Virus record (IMG/VR): IMGVR_UViG_3300042923_000281
Location: 62,001 to 126,000 of that record
Direction: 5' to 3' (one strand)
Length of the DNA stretch: 64,000 nucleotides
The notes under the pieces are model-generated. The model was not told the origin of the DNA. It made no database searches and was given only the letters and a program-made list of their open reading frames with translations. The position numbers and the translations under genes were made by a program. This document shows positions 37,533 to 47,037 of this stretch, piece after piece (within the stretch, counting starts at the first letter, position 1; every line of letters begins with the position of its first letter).

Positions 37533-37955
37533 ATGGCAGAGCCAGAAGTGCCCCAAGGCTGGACCAGCACTATTGGACAGTTGACGCCCATTGATCCCTC
37601 GCTGCTGTCTGGCGAAGAGAGCGTAGAACTCACCGTCACCACTCGTGAAGACGGCGGGGCGAGCATGGTAAAGAAAACTTACCGTGCTCGCATCTACGAC
37701 CTCCTCTCTATCTACGCCGCAAGGCGAGATAACCCTAACCAAGTCACTGCTGAGCAAACTGGTGCCTTCACCAAAGAGAAGACTCAAGAGCTTCTCGATG
37801 GGAAGTTGGGTGCGGATGAAGTGGCGGTGGATGCTCTGAAGCTGGGCGGTAAGCTGGCTGAAGACTACCTGCTGGTTGCAGAGTTTCAACAGACGTTGCA
37901 AAACGTCACAAGTGACATTGACGACATCACCGATACGTTAATCGCGTCTCCGTGA
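37533..37955 (+). CDS. Putative tail-fibre-associated protein
   Basis: NPNQVTAEQTGAFTKE motif typical of phage fibre repeats. Confidence 0.55.
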   Translation: MAEPEVPQGWTSTIGQLTPIDPSLLSGEESVELTVTTREDGGASMVKKTYRARIYDLLSIYAARRDNPNQVTAEQTGAFTKEKTQELLDGKLGADEVAVDALKLGGKLAEDYLLVAEFQQTLQNVTSDIDDITDTLIASP

Positions 37956-38072
37956 TGAGGTCACTGGCGTACGGTCCTAATGCATTTGGGGTCGTGCGTC
38001 AGATTCGTCTATTTTATGTGGCAAGCCAATACAGGCTTCCTCACTAACCCTTCCCAAGAGAGGAATGTTTTC

Positions 38073-38870
38073 ATGGCCATGTCCAACGCCGTACTTGAAG
38101 CCGCCCTTAAAGCGGCAGTCGCTCGCCTTGTAGCCGCATTGCGCGACAAAGACGCCCTCAACAGCTTGAAGCTGGAAGGCAAAACTCTGGCCGAGATCAC
38201 CACCCTGATCCTGGCTGGCAAAGCTGCAACCGCTGGTGTGGCTGATAACGCACTGGCAATCGGCGGGAAGGACCTCGCAACACTGCAATCTGATTACGCT
38301 GCTGCTATCGATGCAGCCGTCGCCGCTGCCAAACTCGAACTCGAGGCTGCCATCGGAGCCATCGACAAAGAGTCCATTGGCCTGGGCAACGTCGAAAACT
38401 TCGGCGTGGCTACCGAAGCTGAAGCACTGGCTGGCGCTGCTGACAAATACGTCACTGCGTTCCTGGCTGAAAAGATTGCACAGAAGAAGATCGACGACCT
38501 CGTCGGTGGCGCTCCAGAAACCCTGGACACCATCAAAGAGATCGCTGACGCTCTGAACAACGATCCGGACATCATCAACACCCTGATGAGCCAGATCGGC
38601 ACCAAAGAAACCCCTGAAGGCGCGCAAGCCAAGGCCGACGCCGCGCAGACTGCTGCAATTGCAGCCGCTGCTACCGACGCCACCACCAAGTCCGGTCAAG
38701 CACTGACCGATGCGAAAGCCTACACCGACCAGAGTGTTGCGGGTTTCCAAGAGCAACTTGACGAACAAGCAGGACAAGTCGACGCGTTGGCGCAAGCCCT
38801 CATCGATTCGTTCAACGAAGCGTCCGACGCGCTCGAAGGCGTAGAACCTGAGCCAGCCCCAGGCGTCTAA
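38073..38870 (+). CDS. Tail-fibre-like/virion structural protein
   Basis: IGLGNVENF..AT..EA and LVGGAPETLDTIKEIADALNND motifs common in fibre proteins. Confidence 0.65.
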   Translation: MAMSNAVLEAALKAAVARLVAALRDKDALNSLKLEGKTLAEITTLILAGKAATAGVADNALAIGGKDLATLQSDYAAAIDAAVAAAKLELEAAIGAIDKESIGLGNVENFGVATEAEALAGAADKYVTAFLAEKIAQKKIDDLVGGAPETLDTIKEIADALNNDPDIINTLMSQIGTKETPEGAQAKADAAQTAAIAAAATDATTKSGQALTDAKAYTDQSVAGFQEQLDEQAGQVDALAQALIDSFNEASDALEGVEPEPAPGV

Positions 38871-38879
38871 GCAAAGCGA

Positions 38880-38917
38880 CATAGAGCGAGGGCCAATGGC
38901 CCTCGCTCTTTATGCCG
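38880..38917. terminator. Bidirectional terminator
   Basis: AGAGCGAGGGCC/GGCCCTCGCTCT stem; TTATGCCG tail. Confidence 0.8.
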
Positions 38918-39481
38918 TTAGTCGAGAGAACCGTTCTCAACGAACCGGATCTGTCCTTCGTCGGTAATGCGCAGTCGCCCTTCGTCAGTGATCCGACGGA
39001 TACCGCCAGACCAGAACAAATGGATCTTCTTGTCCCCGATGTAGATGAGGGACTTCTCTTTGGCGAAGATGTCCACGTCCATGAACTGGAACAGGGAGTT
39101 GAAGGGATCGTTGATGTCCACATCGAACTCACCGTCCACCAGGTTGAACTTGCCATCAAGGTAGGCAATCAAGGCCGCCTTGTCTGCAATGTCCTTCACC
39201 TCTTCCAGATCCACTTGGAAGACAGGGTAGTGGGTCTCGATGTCAGCCCGAGCGTAGTACAGATCCTCTTGGCCTTTGAAGGGACCGCCGGGTTTGGCCT
39301 TGACCAAGATCACGGTGTTGTCACCATCGTCGTCCTCGCCTTCTTCCAGAGCACGAGGGAGTTCTACTTCCACCATGTTGGGGTTCAGCTTAACGCGGTT
39401 GGTCCGATAGATCAGGGCGAAGAGGTTCTCCAGCGCTGTCTTGTCGGGGTCGAACTTGAAGTTGTCAGTCTTGCACGCCAT
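38918..39481 (-). CDS. Putative virion structural protein
   Basis: 187 aa; LI...N start, LYYARAD and SL.YIG motifs like other phiKZ-family tail proteins. Confidence 0.6.
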   Translation of the reverse strand: MACKTDNFKFDPDKTALENLFALIYRTNRVKLNPNMVEVELPRALEEGEDDDGDNTVILVKAKPGGPFKGQEDLYYARADIETHYPVFQVDLEEVKDIADKAALIAYLDGKFNLVDGEFDVDINDPFNSLFQFMDVDIFAKEKSLIYIGDKKIHLFWSGGIRRITDEGRLRITDEGQIRFVENGSLD

Positions 39482-39505
39482 GAGATAGCCTCAGTAAAGC
39501 CCTAG

Positions 39506-39871
39506 TCATAGTATTTCCCCACGCACCACCAAACGGTAGCCATTGTCCTCTGCCACATCCTGAATGAACTCAACAAAGATGTGTCGGTGACAGAACTTAC
39601 CCGCCTTGCAGTAACAGGCCACACAGATGGAACCCTCTTGTTCGAGGAACTCTTGAAAGGCTTCAGGATAGAGCCTGAACTGCTCTCTGAGGCGTTCTAG
39701 GTACAAGACCGTGTACTGCTCGTCTGTGACCTCATTACGCTTGTAAGCCCACAGTACGGACGGCTCAGGTGCAAAGACAGCGAGACCTGACTTGACAGTG
39801 ATGTCGATCAGGGTGACTTGCCTCTCCTTAGCCTTGCGCCATTGGGAGAGAGCGATGGTGTAGAGTTCCAT
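39506..39871 (-). CDS. DUF488-like protein
   Basis: FAP...L..YK, Y...Y...L and C.C...FCHR pattern. Confidence 0.6.
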   Translation of the reverse strand: MELYTIALSQWRKAKERQVTLIDITVKSGLAVFAPEPSVLWAYKRNEVTDEQYTVLYLERLREQFRLYPEAFQEFLEQEGSICVACYCKAGKFCHRHIFVEFIQDVAEDNGYRLVVRGEIL

Positions 39872-39902
39872 AATTCCCTCCTTCGTCTATACAGTGACAC
39901 GG

Positions 39903-40335
39903 CAAAATAAAAATAAAAGCCATCCGCAGTGCATCCCCCAGTGCTCTATCCGAAGACAGAATACTGGAGGCTGCACTAAAGATGGCATCACTCCATGAGG
40001 AGTGGCACTTCGTGACGCCTGATGTCCCCTTTCAGCCGGATCGGGAGACACCATTGGCAGCGACGTGGAGCACACGCTCAGACGCGTCATCGTTTACCGT
40101 AACACACCACGGGTAGCGTTGGCGTGGGGCTACGGAACCGCAACAACCCTAACTATCACGACGAGTTCATTAGGGGCAACGAAATAGTAGCTGAGGGCGC
40201 GATGCCCTCAGCTGTGTGGCCCATCCAATGGGGGAGTGGACGGGTACCACGAGTGCGAGAGCAAATGCTCTCCTCTTTTCTACGCAATCAAGCGCATGGA
40301 TGCTGGATTATCTGTTAAAGAACAGGTCCTACATA
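39903..40335 (-). ncRNA. Candidate ~430-nt structured non-coding RNA
   Basis: TATGTAG start motif, many hairpins, terminal hairpin plus U tract, no credible ORF. Confidence 0.45.
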
Positions 40336-40356
40336 CTATACAGGCTTTTTGCCAGT

Positions 40357-41805
40357 TTAGATGTCCATGAGTGCTTGAAGAGCGCGGGTGTTGGTGTCCC
40401 CGTCACGAATGCAGGCTGCAACCCAGGTGTCGTAATGGCGAACCAGCACGTCACCGGCACGGTCAACGACCATGTTGGTGTTCAGGCAGAACTCGTGATT
40501 GATTTCACCTTCGAGTGCAGCTTTACCTTCAGCGGTCAGCAGACCGTTGGAGTCCAGCCACGACATCAGTTGACGCTGAATGCCAACAACGGCATCGACG
40601 TCCTGAACACGAGTGGTGATGTTTTCGATGACGATTGGATCAGCAACCGATTCAGTCGAGACCTTCTTCTTCGGGTTGCCTTCGGCGTCCAGTTCTTCTT
40701 CAGCTTCCGGATCGATTGGATCGGTCGGTTCAGCATCAGGATCTACTGGATCGGCATCGGCGTTGGCCGCAGCGATTTCAGCTTCTGGGTCGATCGGGTC
40801 AGTTGGCTCTTCGATTGGATCGACAGGGTCAACTGGATCTACTGGATCAGCGCCCGGGTCAACGGGGTCGACCGGATCTACTGGGTCCACAGGTGCATCG
40901 GGATCGACAGGGTCGACCGGCGCATCAGGGTCCAGTGGGTCAGTGCTGCCAGCGGCATCCGGATCAACCGGTGCGTCTGGATCAACAACGTCGCCTTCAC
41001 CGTTGTTCTGAGTCGACGGGGTGTCTTTCTCGATGGTGCTGGCATTGACGCCGTCATCAAGTTTCGGCCCCGATGGATTCTCACCGCGGTGCTGTTCGAT
41101 CAGGTCGCCCATGCGGTCTTCACCGTCAGTGCCAATGGCAGCAGCTTCGGAGCGAGCAGCTTCTGCGCTCTCTTCAGCACTTTCCTTGGCCGTGGCAACC
41201 AGCGCTTCGATACGGTCAACCGCGTCGGACATGTCGCCCAGGACTTGGGTTTGTTCCAGGTCTTCCATGGAGACACCCAGAGCAACCAGACCGTCGCCCA
41301 TGCGGCGAGCCACGTTCAGCACCAGAGGACGGGCTGCTTCGATGGTCATGCCTTCCATGGAGATCACTGCTTTCACAGTGTCGATGTTTTCCTTGAACAG
41401 GCCCAGGGCTTCTGCCTTGAAGTTCAGGGATTCCAGCGAGGCCGTGGTTTCGGTGTCGCGGGTGGTGAACGGCACAGGCTCTTCGTTATCAGCCTTGGCT
41501 TGCAGAGCTTGCTCGATGGTCTCGACTTCAGTCAGACGAGGAGTAAGCACGTCTTGCATGATCAGCTCGACTTGAGCTTGTGGCTCGCTCACGCCATCGA
41601 CGACCTGCAAGTCGGCCTGATGATCAGCTTGTTCAAGCACGTTTTCAGCCAGCACCATGAAGGACGAAGCGGAATCGCTTTCCAACGATGGGGTCAGCAG
41701 AAGTGCCTGACCAACCGACATCAGAGCTTCGAGACTGGTGCGGTAGGCTTGAGTCTCGTGAAGCATTTGAGCCGCGTTTGGTCGTGCGGTGGTATTGTGC
41801 GTCAT
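40357..41805 (-). CDS. Putative inner-head/virion protein with propeptide and DP repeats
   Basis: 482 aa; many S/A-x-E sites (TSLE, PSLE, ASLE, SMEG, STES); DPVDP repeats. Confidence 0.7.
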   Translation of the reverse strand: MTHNTTARPNAAQMLHETQAYRTSLEALMSVGQALLLTPSLESDSASSFMVLAENVLEQADHQADLQVVDGVSEPQAQVELIMQDVLTPRLTEVETIEQALQAKADNEEPVPFTTRDTETTASLESLNFKAEALGLFKENIDTVKAVISMEGMTIEAARPLVLNVARRMGDGLVALGVSMEDLEQTQVLGDMSDAVDRIEALVATAKESAEESAEAARSEAAAIGTDGEDRMGDLIEQHRGENPSGPKLDDGVNASTIEKDTPSTQNNGEGDVVDPDAPVDPDAAGSTDPLDPDAPVDPVDPDAPVDPVDPVDPVDPGADPVDPVDPVDPIEEPTDPIDPEAEIAAANADADPVDPDAEPTDPIDPEAEEELDAEGNPKKKVSTESVADPIVIENITTRVQDVDAVVGIQRQLMSWLDSNGLLTAEGKAALEGEINHEFCLNTNMVVDRAGDVLVRHYDTWVAACIRDGDTNTRALQALMDI

Positions 41806-41851
41806 GTTATGACCCTCTTCTCAGATATACTCCCCTTTGAGGAATATAGGA

Positions 41852-43933
41852 ATGTACGCCAGCTTTTCGCGCATGTTGGGGATAATCTCTGTCAAAGAGA
41901 CTGACTCTCACATTATAGTGAACGGAATACCCGGTCTGCGCTTTCAAAAGGACATCTACAACTTTTGGAAAACCAGCAAGATCGCCAACAACATCTTTAC
42001 TTCGGTGTCACGGTCCTCCGTTAAGTTTCCGAAGTTCTTCGCCATCGAAGTCCTGTACATCCTGGAGCAACTACAGGATTCTCGCCGTACCTTCAGCGGT
42101 CGTCGGACATTGTCCAAGGTCGCAGAAGAGCTCGTCAAATCCACATGGCTGCACAACATCGGCGTGACAGGGTTCGCATCTCGCTTGAATTACAAGGCGC
42201 TTGATGACCTCAATGTCACATTATTTCAGCACCAACTTAATTTTTTACGGGAGTACGACCGAACCACGTTTGAATATGACCTCAATGGCATGCTCATGGA
42301 CGTGGCAGCAGGTGGCGGTAAAACCATTACCAACTTTGCACTCGGTCATGTGCTTGGCGCTGATACCAAAGTGTTCATCGTACCGAAGAACTCCGTGTTC
42401 GACGTATGGGTCAAGACGATCAAGATGCTTTTCAAGAAAGGCATCCCGAACTATTGGCATAGTCTAAGTGGAGATGAGCCCAAGATTGGGCAAGAGTACT
42501 ACATCGTTCACTACGACTACATGGACAAGTTCCTGACGTTCGTGAAGCAGAACCGTGGCTCGTTCGGCAAGGTCTTTGTGGCCATTGACGAATCCCACAA
42601 CTTCAACGAGCAGTCGGCACGGACGCAATTCTTGGTGGACATCTGTCATGGACTTAAAGCACGCGATGTGGTGCACGCATCTGGTACGCCGTTCAAGGCC
42701 ATGGGCTCTGAAGCGATCACGTTGCTCAAAACAGTGTGTTCTGACTTCACCCCTGAAGTAGAGGCAGCCTTCCGCAAACTCTTCGGTAAGGAAGCCAAGA
42801 AGGCCCTGGAGATCCTTGCTAACCGAATCGGTATCGTGTCCTTTAAGGTGCCGAAGCAGGACATCGAAACCCCAGGCGTGGAGTACCATGAAGTCAAGAT
42901 CGGTCTGAAAAACGGTCTGGACTACACGTTGACTTCCGTGCGGGACAAGATGAGCAAGTTCATCGAAGAGCGCCTGAAGTACTACCGGGATGGGATGAAG
43001 GAGTACGAAGGTCTGTACGAACGCTGCCTCATCATGCATGAGAAGTCGCTGGCTCGGGCTGCTCCTGCACAGATGCGTGAGTTCGAACTGTACCAGAGCT
43101 ACGTCAAGACCATCCGCAAAGGCTACGACCCAGTCACCATGAAAGACATGGTGATGTTCTGCAACCGGTACGAGCTGAAGAAGATTGTCCCTTCGTTGCC
43201 TGATGCGTACCGCAAACCGTTCCTGAACGTGCGAGCGATCATCAAGTACGTCGAACTCAAGGTCATGGGTGAAGCACTGTCCCAAGTCCTAGGTCGTCTG
43301 CGTATCCAGTGCCACATTGACATGCTGCCCAACATGCCGTTGGATGACATCATTGACAACGCTACGTCAAAGACGGTGGTCTTCACCAGCTACGTCGATG
43401 TCGTCAAGGAACTGGAAGTGTTGCTCAAGGCGGCTGGGTACAAGCCACTGCTGGTGTATGGGGAAACCAACAAGGACCTCACCAACATCGTTAAGCAGTT
43501 CGAGAACGACCCGGATGCGAACCCGCTCATTGCGACGTTCAAGTCCTTGTCCACCGCAGTGCCTCTGACCATGGCCAATACGGAGATCTTCACCAACTCT
43601 CCGTACCGTGATTACGAACGTACTCAGGCAGTTGCTCGGGTTGACCGTATCGGTCAGAAGCATCGGTGCCATGTGCACGAGACCTTCCTTGACACAGGTC
43701 AAGAGCCGAACATCTCCACGCGGTCTAAGGACATCATGCAGTGGTCGAAGAACCAGGTCGAGGCAATCTTAGGGGTACAGTCCCCGGACGATCTGGAAGC
43801 CTCTCTGGAGTCTCTGGTTGAGAACCCAGAAGCATCGATCGACGACGGTGAGGCATTCATGGAGAAGCTGCGAGGCATGCTTCCTGTGGACACCATTCCG
43901 CAAGACGAAGTCGAAGAAGCTCTCGCACCATAA
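41852..43933 (+). CDS. SF2 (SNF2/DEAD-like) helicase
   Basis: AAGGGKT Walker A, IDESH, ASGTP and QAVARVDRIGQ motif VI. Confidence 0.85.
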   Translation: MYASFSRMLGIISVKETDSHIIVNGIPGLRFQKDIYNFWKTSKIANNIFTSVSRSSVKFPKFFAIEVLYILEQLQDSRRTFSGRRTLSKVAEELVKSTWLHNIGVTGFASRLNYKALDDLNVTLFQHQLNFLREYDRTTFEYDLNGMLMDVAAGGGKTITNFALGHVLGADTKVFIVPKNSVFDVWVKTIKMLFKKGIPNYWHSLSGDEPKIGQEYYIVHYDYMDKFLTFVKQNRGSFGKVFVAIDESHNFNEQSARTQFLVDICHGLKARDVVHASGTPFKAMGSEAITLLKTVCSDFTPEVEAAFRKLFGKEAKKALEILANRIGIVSFKVPKQDIETPGVEYHEVKIGLKNGLDYTLTSVRDKMSKFIEERLKYYRDGMKEYEGLYERCLIMHEKSLARAAPAQMREFELYQSYVKTIRKGYDPVTMKDMVMFCNRYELKKIVPSLPDAYRKPFLNVRAIIKYVELKVMGEALSQVLGRLRIQCHIDMLPNMPLDDIIDNATSKTVVFTSYVDVVKELEVLLKAAGYKPLLVYGETNKDLTNIVKQFENDPDANPLIATFKSLSTAVPLTMANTEIFTNSPYRDYERTQAVARVDRIGQKHRCHVHETFLDTGQEPNISTRSKDIMQWSKNQVEAILGVQSPDDLEASLESLVENPEASIDDGEAFMEKLRGMLPVDTIPQDEVEEALAP

Positions 43934-43975
43934 TACTCGGGAGACTTTGGTCTCCCTTTCTTTTAAGGATCGAAC

Positions 43976-45097
43976 ATGAAACAAGGTATTTTGAGCCAGT
44001 ACATGATGTCTGACGCACGTCAGGCTGGTCGTGGTCTACTGGCGTCGCTGGAGTCCATTGAAGAGATGGAACTCGGGGAAGAGAAGAAAGCAGATGCAAT
44101 CGAAGAGGCAAGTTCGTTGGCATTGCGCATCGGTCGGGACTTTCCTGAAGACAGTGACATGCATCAGAGCATGTTCAAGGTTCTTGAGAACATGGGCGCT
44201 ACCGAAGGTGCCAATGTTTCCAATGAAAGTCTATTGGGGTTGGCCACAAAGCTGTCTGGGTTCTGGCGAAAGCCTAAACCAGACTCTAAACAAATCTCTG
44301 ATGAAGAGAAGACGGATTGGAGCAAACGCCAACAAGCTATCCTCCAGTTCATCAAGGACATGGAGAAGACGTACCTGAACACGGTTTGGTTGGGTAAGCA
44401 GAAGTACGTTCAAGGTACTGTCCCTGCCAAGGACTTCTCAGGAGCGTTCCAGCTTGACGGGAAGCCGGTCACAGACCCACTGGCAAACATCGAGCAGCAC
44501 AAGAAGAACACTGGTGCGTTCATCAAAGCATGGCACGGCGTCTTGGCCAACCTGAACACCCAAGTGCAGGCCATCCATCAGCGTACAGTCAAAGCCACTG
44601 CCGGTGCGGCACTTGATGACGAAGCAGCGATCGACATCGTCCGCAAAGCGGTTGATGAACTCAATACATTACCCGACCCCACTGCCAAGTTCCCTTCGTT
44701 CTCCGGCACTGCATTGTCCAACATGGTCCCCGTCATCAATACCCGCTTCAGTGTGCCCGTGGTGAATGTCGAAGCAAAGATGCCGATGTCCCCAAGTGAC
44801 ACGCTGCCTGCGCTGGATAAAGATGGGGTGCTCAAAGTAGCCAAGTTGGTTGTCGAGATGATGAAGAACCCTGACTTCTGGCCACACATGGAATGGATCA
44901 GGTGGCTGGACTTCAAGGACGGCAGTAAGTTCAGTGACTGGATCTACGACGCAGACAACAGTGTCTACATGGATTACTACCATCGCTTCTATTGGCAGGG
45001 TGCCAACGATGCATGGTCGGACGACATCTTCGCATTGAACAGTCACTACCGCGTTATCATAGGCTTGATCAAGTGGATGGATCGCTCGATCAAGTAA
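43976..45097 (+). CDS. Putative head protein precursor (phiKZ internal-head paralog type)
   Basis: 373 aa; acidic N-terminal propeptide with ASLE and VSNE sites. Confidence 0.6.
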   Translation: MKQGILSQYMMSDARQAGRGLLASLESIEEMELGEEKKADAIEEASSLALRIGRDFPEDSDMHQSMFKVLENMGATEGANVSNESLLGLATKLSGFWRKPKPDSKQISDEEKTDWSKRQQAILQFIKDMEKTYLNTVWLGKQKYVQGTVPAKDFSGAFQLDGKPVTDPLANIEQHKKNTGAFIKAWHGVLANLNTQVQAIHQRTVKATAGAALDDEAAIDIVRKAVDELNTLPDPTAKFPSFSGTALSNMVPVINTRFSVPVVNVEAKMPMSPSDTLPALDKDGVLKVAKLVVEMMKNPDFWPHMEWIRWLDFKDGSKFSDWIYDADNSVYMDYYHRFYWQGANDAWSDDIFALNSHYRVIIGLIKWMDRSIK

Positions 45098-45152
45098 ACA
45101 AAGAAAAAAGAAAGCACTGGAGAGCAGCCCTAGGGCTGCTCTCCTTATGCCG
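45098..45152. terminator. Bidirectional terminator
   Basis: GGAGAGCAGCCC/GGGCTGCTCTCC stem; TTATGCCG on plus, TTTTTTCTTTG on minus. Confidence 0.8.
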
Positions 45153-45458
45153 TCAGTGCAGTATTTCCAGACCTTCGATTTGTAGGTTGTCTAACGTACG
45201 ACGGACCCAGCCTTCATCAGGCGGACGCTTCTGATTGCGGAGCGCTACCTCTTCACGCTTGTCAGGCGTGACGAACAGCAGCGAGAGGGGATAGTAGCCA
45301 CACTGTCCGGTGAAAGGGTTACCGTGGCGGACCAAGAGGCCCTTAACGGTGTCAGCCCATTTCAATTCCTCGAGGGGCACAGAGATGTAACTGATCCCTG
45401 TGTCTGCTTCGAGCTTCCGGAAGATCAGGCCTTGCTCTTCGTGATAGACATGTGTCAT
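45153..45458 (-). CDS. Hypothetical protein
   Basis: Start MTHVY; overlaps upstream stop. Confidence 0.65.
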   Translation of the reverse strand: MTHVYHEEQGLIFRKLEADTGISYISVPLEELKWADTVKGLLVRHGNPFTGQCGYYPLSLLFVTPDKREEVALRNQKRPPDEGWVRRTLDNLQIEGLEILH

Positions 45459-46108
45459 TTGGGATCTCCCAGGCTGTTGATGACTTCTTGGTTCTTCTCG
45501 ATCCATTCTTCTTTGCTGATGGCGTCATTGAAGCTGGTCGCTACATCGACATCATTGAACAGGCGAGACATTGGTTGGTACACGTAACGTCCGTTGATGA
45601 CAAACCGGACCATGTACATTTCAGGGATGAAGACACCGGTACCACGCTTTACGAAACGCTCGTTCAGCAGGGCCAGCGTGGCTTCATTTACAGCAGCGTA
45701 CGTGTCGCCGCCACGGGTAAACACGGTACCAGTGGTCTCGTGTTTCAGGGCGCGGCCACCCAGTACAGCTTCGTTGTGGTACACACCGCAAGGTGCGTTA
45801 ACCAGAACTTCGATGCGATGGATCTTGTTGCCCAGCTTGATCTTGGTCACACCGTAGTGCAGTTGCAGGATCACGCCAAAGATGCGTGGCAGGTGATCGT
45901 GCAGCTCGTACGGCAGTTGAGCGTTGACAACCATGCGGCCGTCTTCGTTCTCTTCGTACTTGACGATCAGGGTGTCGCCAGCCCGCTCATAGCCCACTTC
46001 TTCACACTCACTTGGAAGGCGAGTGATGAAGAGGTCTGCAAAGGGTTCACGGGTGTTGGCTTGTGCTTCAGCGATTTCGCGGGAATCAACGATGATGGTG
46101 TAAGTCAT
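45455..46108 (-). CDS. Hypothetical protein
   Basis: Start MTYTII with AAGGAG RBS. Confidence 0.75.
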   Translation of the reverse strand: MTYTIIVDSREIAEAQANTREPFADLFITRLPSECEEVGYERAGDTLIVKYEENEDGRMVVNAQLPYELHDHLPRIFGVILQLHYGVTKIKLGNKIHRIEVLVNAPCGVYHNEAVLGGRALKHETTGTVFTRGGDTYAAVNEATLALLNERFVKRGTGVFIPEMYMVRFVINGRYVYQPMSRLFNDVDVATSFNDAISKEEWIEKNQEVINSLGDPK

Positions 46109-46142
46109 GACATGCTCCTTAGCATGAGGGTAAAGGGTAGGG

Positions 46143-46505
46143 TTAGTGCAAGTGGTGCGAAGACTCGGGTGTATCTGCCCAGTCAACCGACAGGATGATC
46201 TTGGCAGACTCAATGAGGACCTTGGTGCGGTACTCAGGTTGTAATTCGTGACGCAGTGAGAAGATCGGTATCCCTCTCAACGTTTCAGCCATGTTGACCA
46301 AACCGTCGAAAGGGTAATTCACTTGCTCGGTGTAAAGTACAACTTGATTCAGGCCCACGACATGGATCGTGGTCAAAAAGCCCTGAATGATTTCGATAGC
46401 GACAGCGTACTGTTGTCCTGAGATGTAGCCCTTTAACAGATCACCATGACCTGTCCAGATCCGAAGAGCTGGGGCAAATATCTCGACAACGGCGTCGGTG
46501 TACAT
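46143..46505 (-). CDS. Hypothetical protein
   Basis: Start MYTDAV with AAGGAG RBS. Confidence 0.7.
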   Translation of the reverse strand: MYTDAVVEIFAPALRIWTGHGDLLKGYISGQQYAVAIEIIQGFLTTIHVVGLNQVVLYTEQVNYPFDGLVNMAETLRGIPIFSLRHELQPEYRTKVLIESAKIILSVDWADTPESSHHLH

Positions 46506-46515
46506 GGGACTCTCC

Positions 46516-46680
46516 TTAACGAGAGGGTTTGTTGTAGCCCGGGACATCCTTGATGAGGTTAGAGACGGTAGCACGTACCTGTGCCATCTTCTTTTCTTCT
46601 TTACGCTTGAGGTAGTACGACATCCCAAGGTAACCAACAACGAAGCCACCGATAGCGCAAGCGCCGTAAGTTTTAGACAT
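46516..46680 (-). CDS. 54-aa single-TM protein, probably early
   Basis: MSKTYG start, AAGGA RBS, directly after promoter copy 4. Confidence 0.7.
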   Translation of the reverse strand: MSKTYGACAIGGFVVGYLGMSYYLKRKEEKKMAQVRATVSNLIKDVPGYNKPSR

Positions 46681-46720
46681 GATACGTTCCTTCACTAGGT
46701 TAGGGTCATTCACCGTTATC

Positions 46721-46747
46721 ATGTATTGTTGAAAAGAATTCGAATCG
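46721..46747 (-). promoter_or_regulatory. Bipartite phage promoter motif, copy 4
   Basis: CGATTCGAA-N10-CAATACAT; within a 36-bp exact repeat shared with 51181-51216. Confidence 0.75.
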
Positions 46748-46750
46748 AAT

Positions 46751-46790
46751 CGGCATAAAGGCCAGGAGCACTCGCTCCTGGCCTATGCTT
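46751..46790 (-). terminator. Terminator abutting promoter copy 4
   Basis: AGGCCAGGAGC/GCTCCTGGCCT stem; TTTATGCCG tail. Confidence 0.75.
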
Positions 46791-47037
46791 ACTTGGGGGC
46801 TGCTTTATTAGCGGCATTGATCAACCGGATGTCAGCGTTGCAGTTGGTAAGGGACTGGGTCTGACGGATGTAGGCCGAGGTCATCTGCACTAACTTCTCA
46901 TCAGGAGTCGCCGTGGTGTATCGTTCGCCTTTAGGAGGAGAAGCGGATTCACATTCAGGCACCGCTTGGTACTGACGGTTGCCACACCCTGCCAGCATCA
47001 GGACGACAAACAGCAGGATCACTTGAAGGGAGCGCAT
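46789..47037 (-). CDS. o-spanin-like outer-membrane lipoprotein
   Basis: Signal peptide with LAGC lipobox; overlaps the 3' end of the upstream TM/coiled-coil gene; two further Cys. Confidence 0.7.
   Translation of the reverse strand: MRSLQVILLFVVLMLAGCGNRQYQAVPECESASPPKGERYTTATPDEKLVQMTSAYIRQTQSLTNCNADIRLINAANKAAPK

Noticed and set aside
39887-40318. ORFs 39887..40090 (-) and 40124..40318 (+)
   Set aside because: No RBS, no phage codon bias, and they overlap strong hairpins; treated as non-coding.
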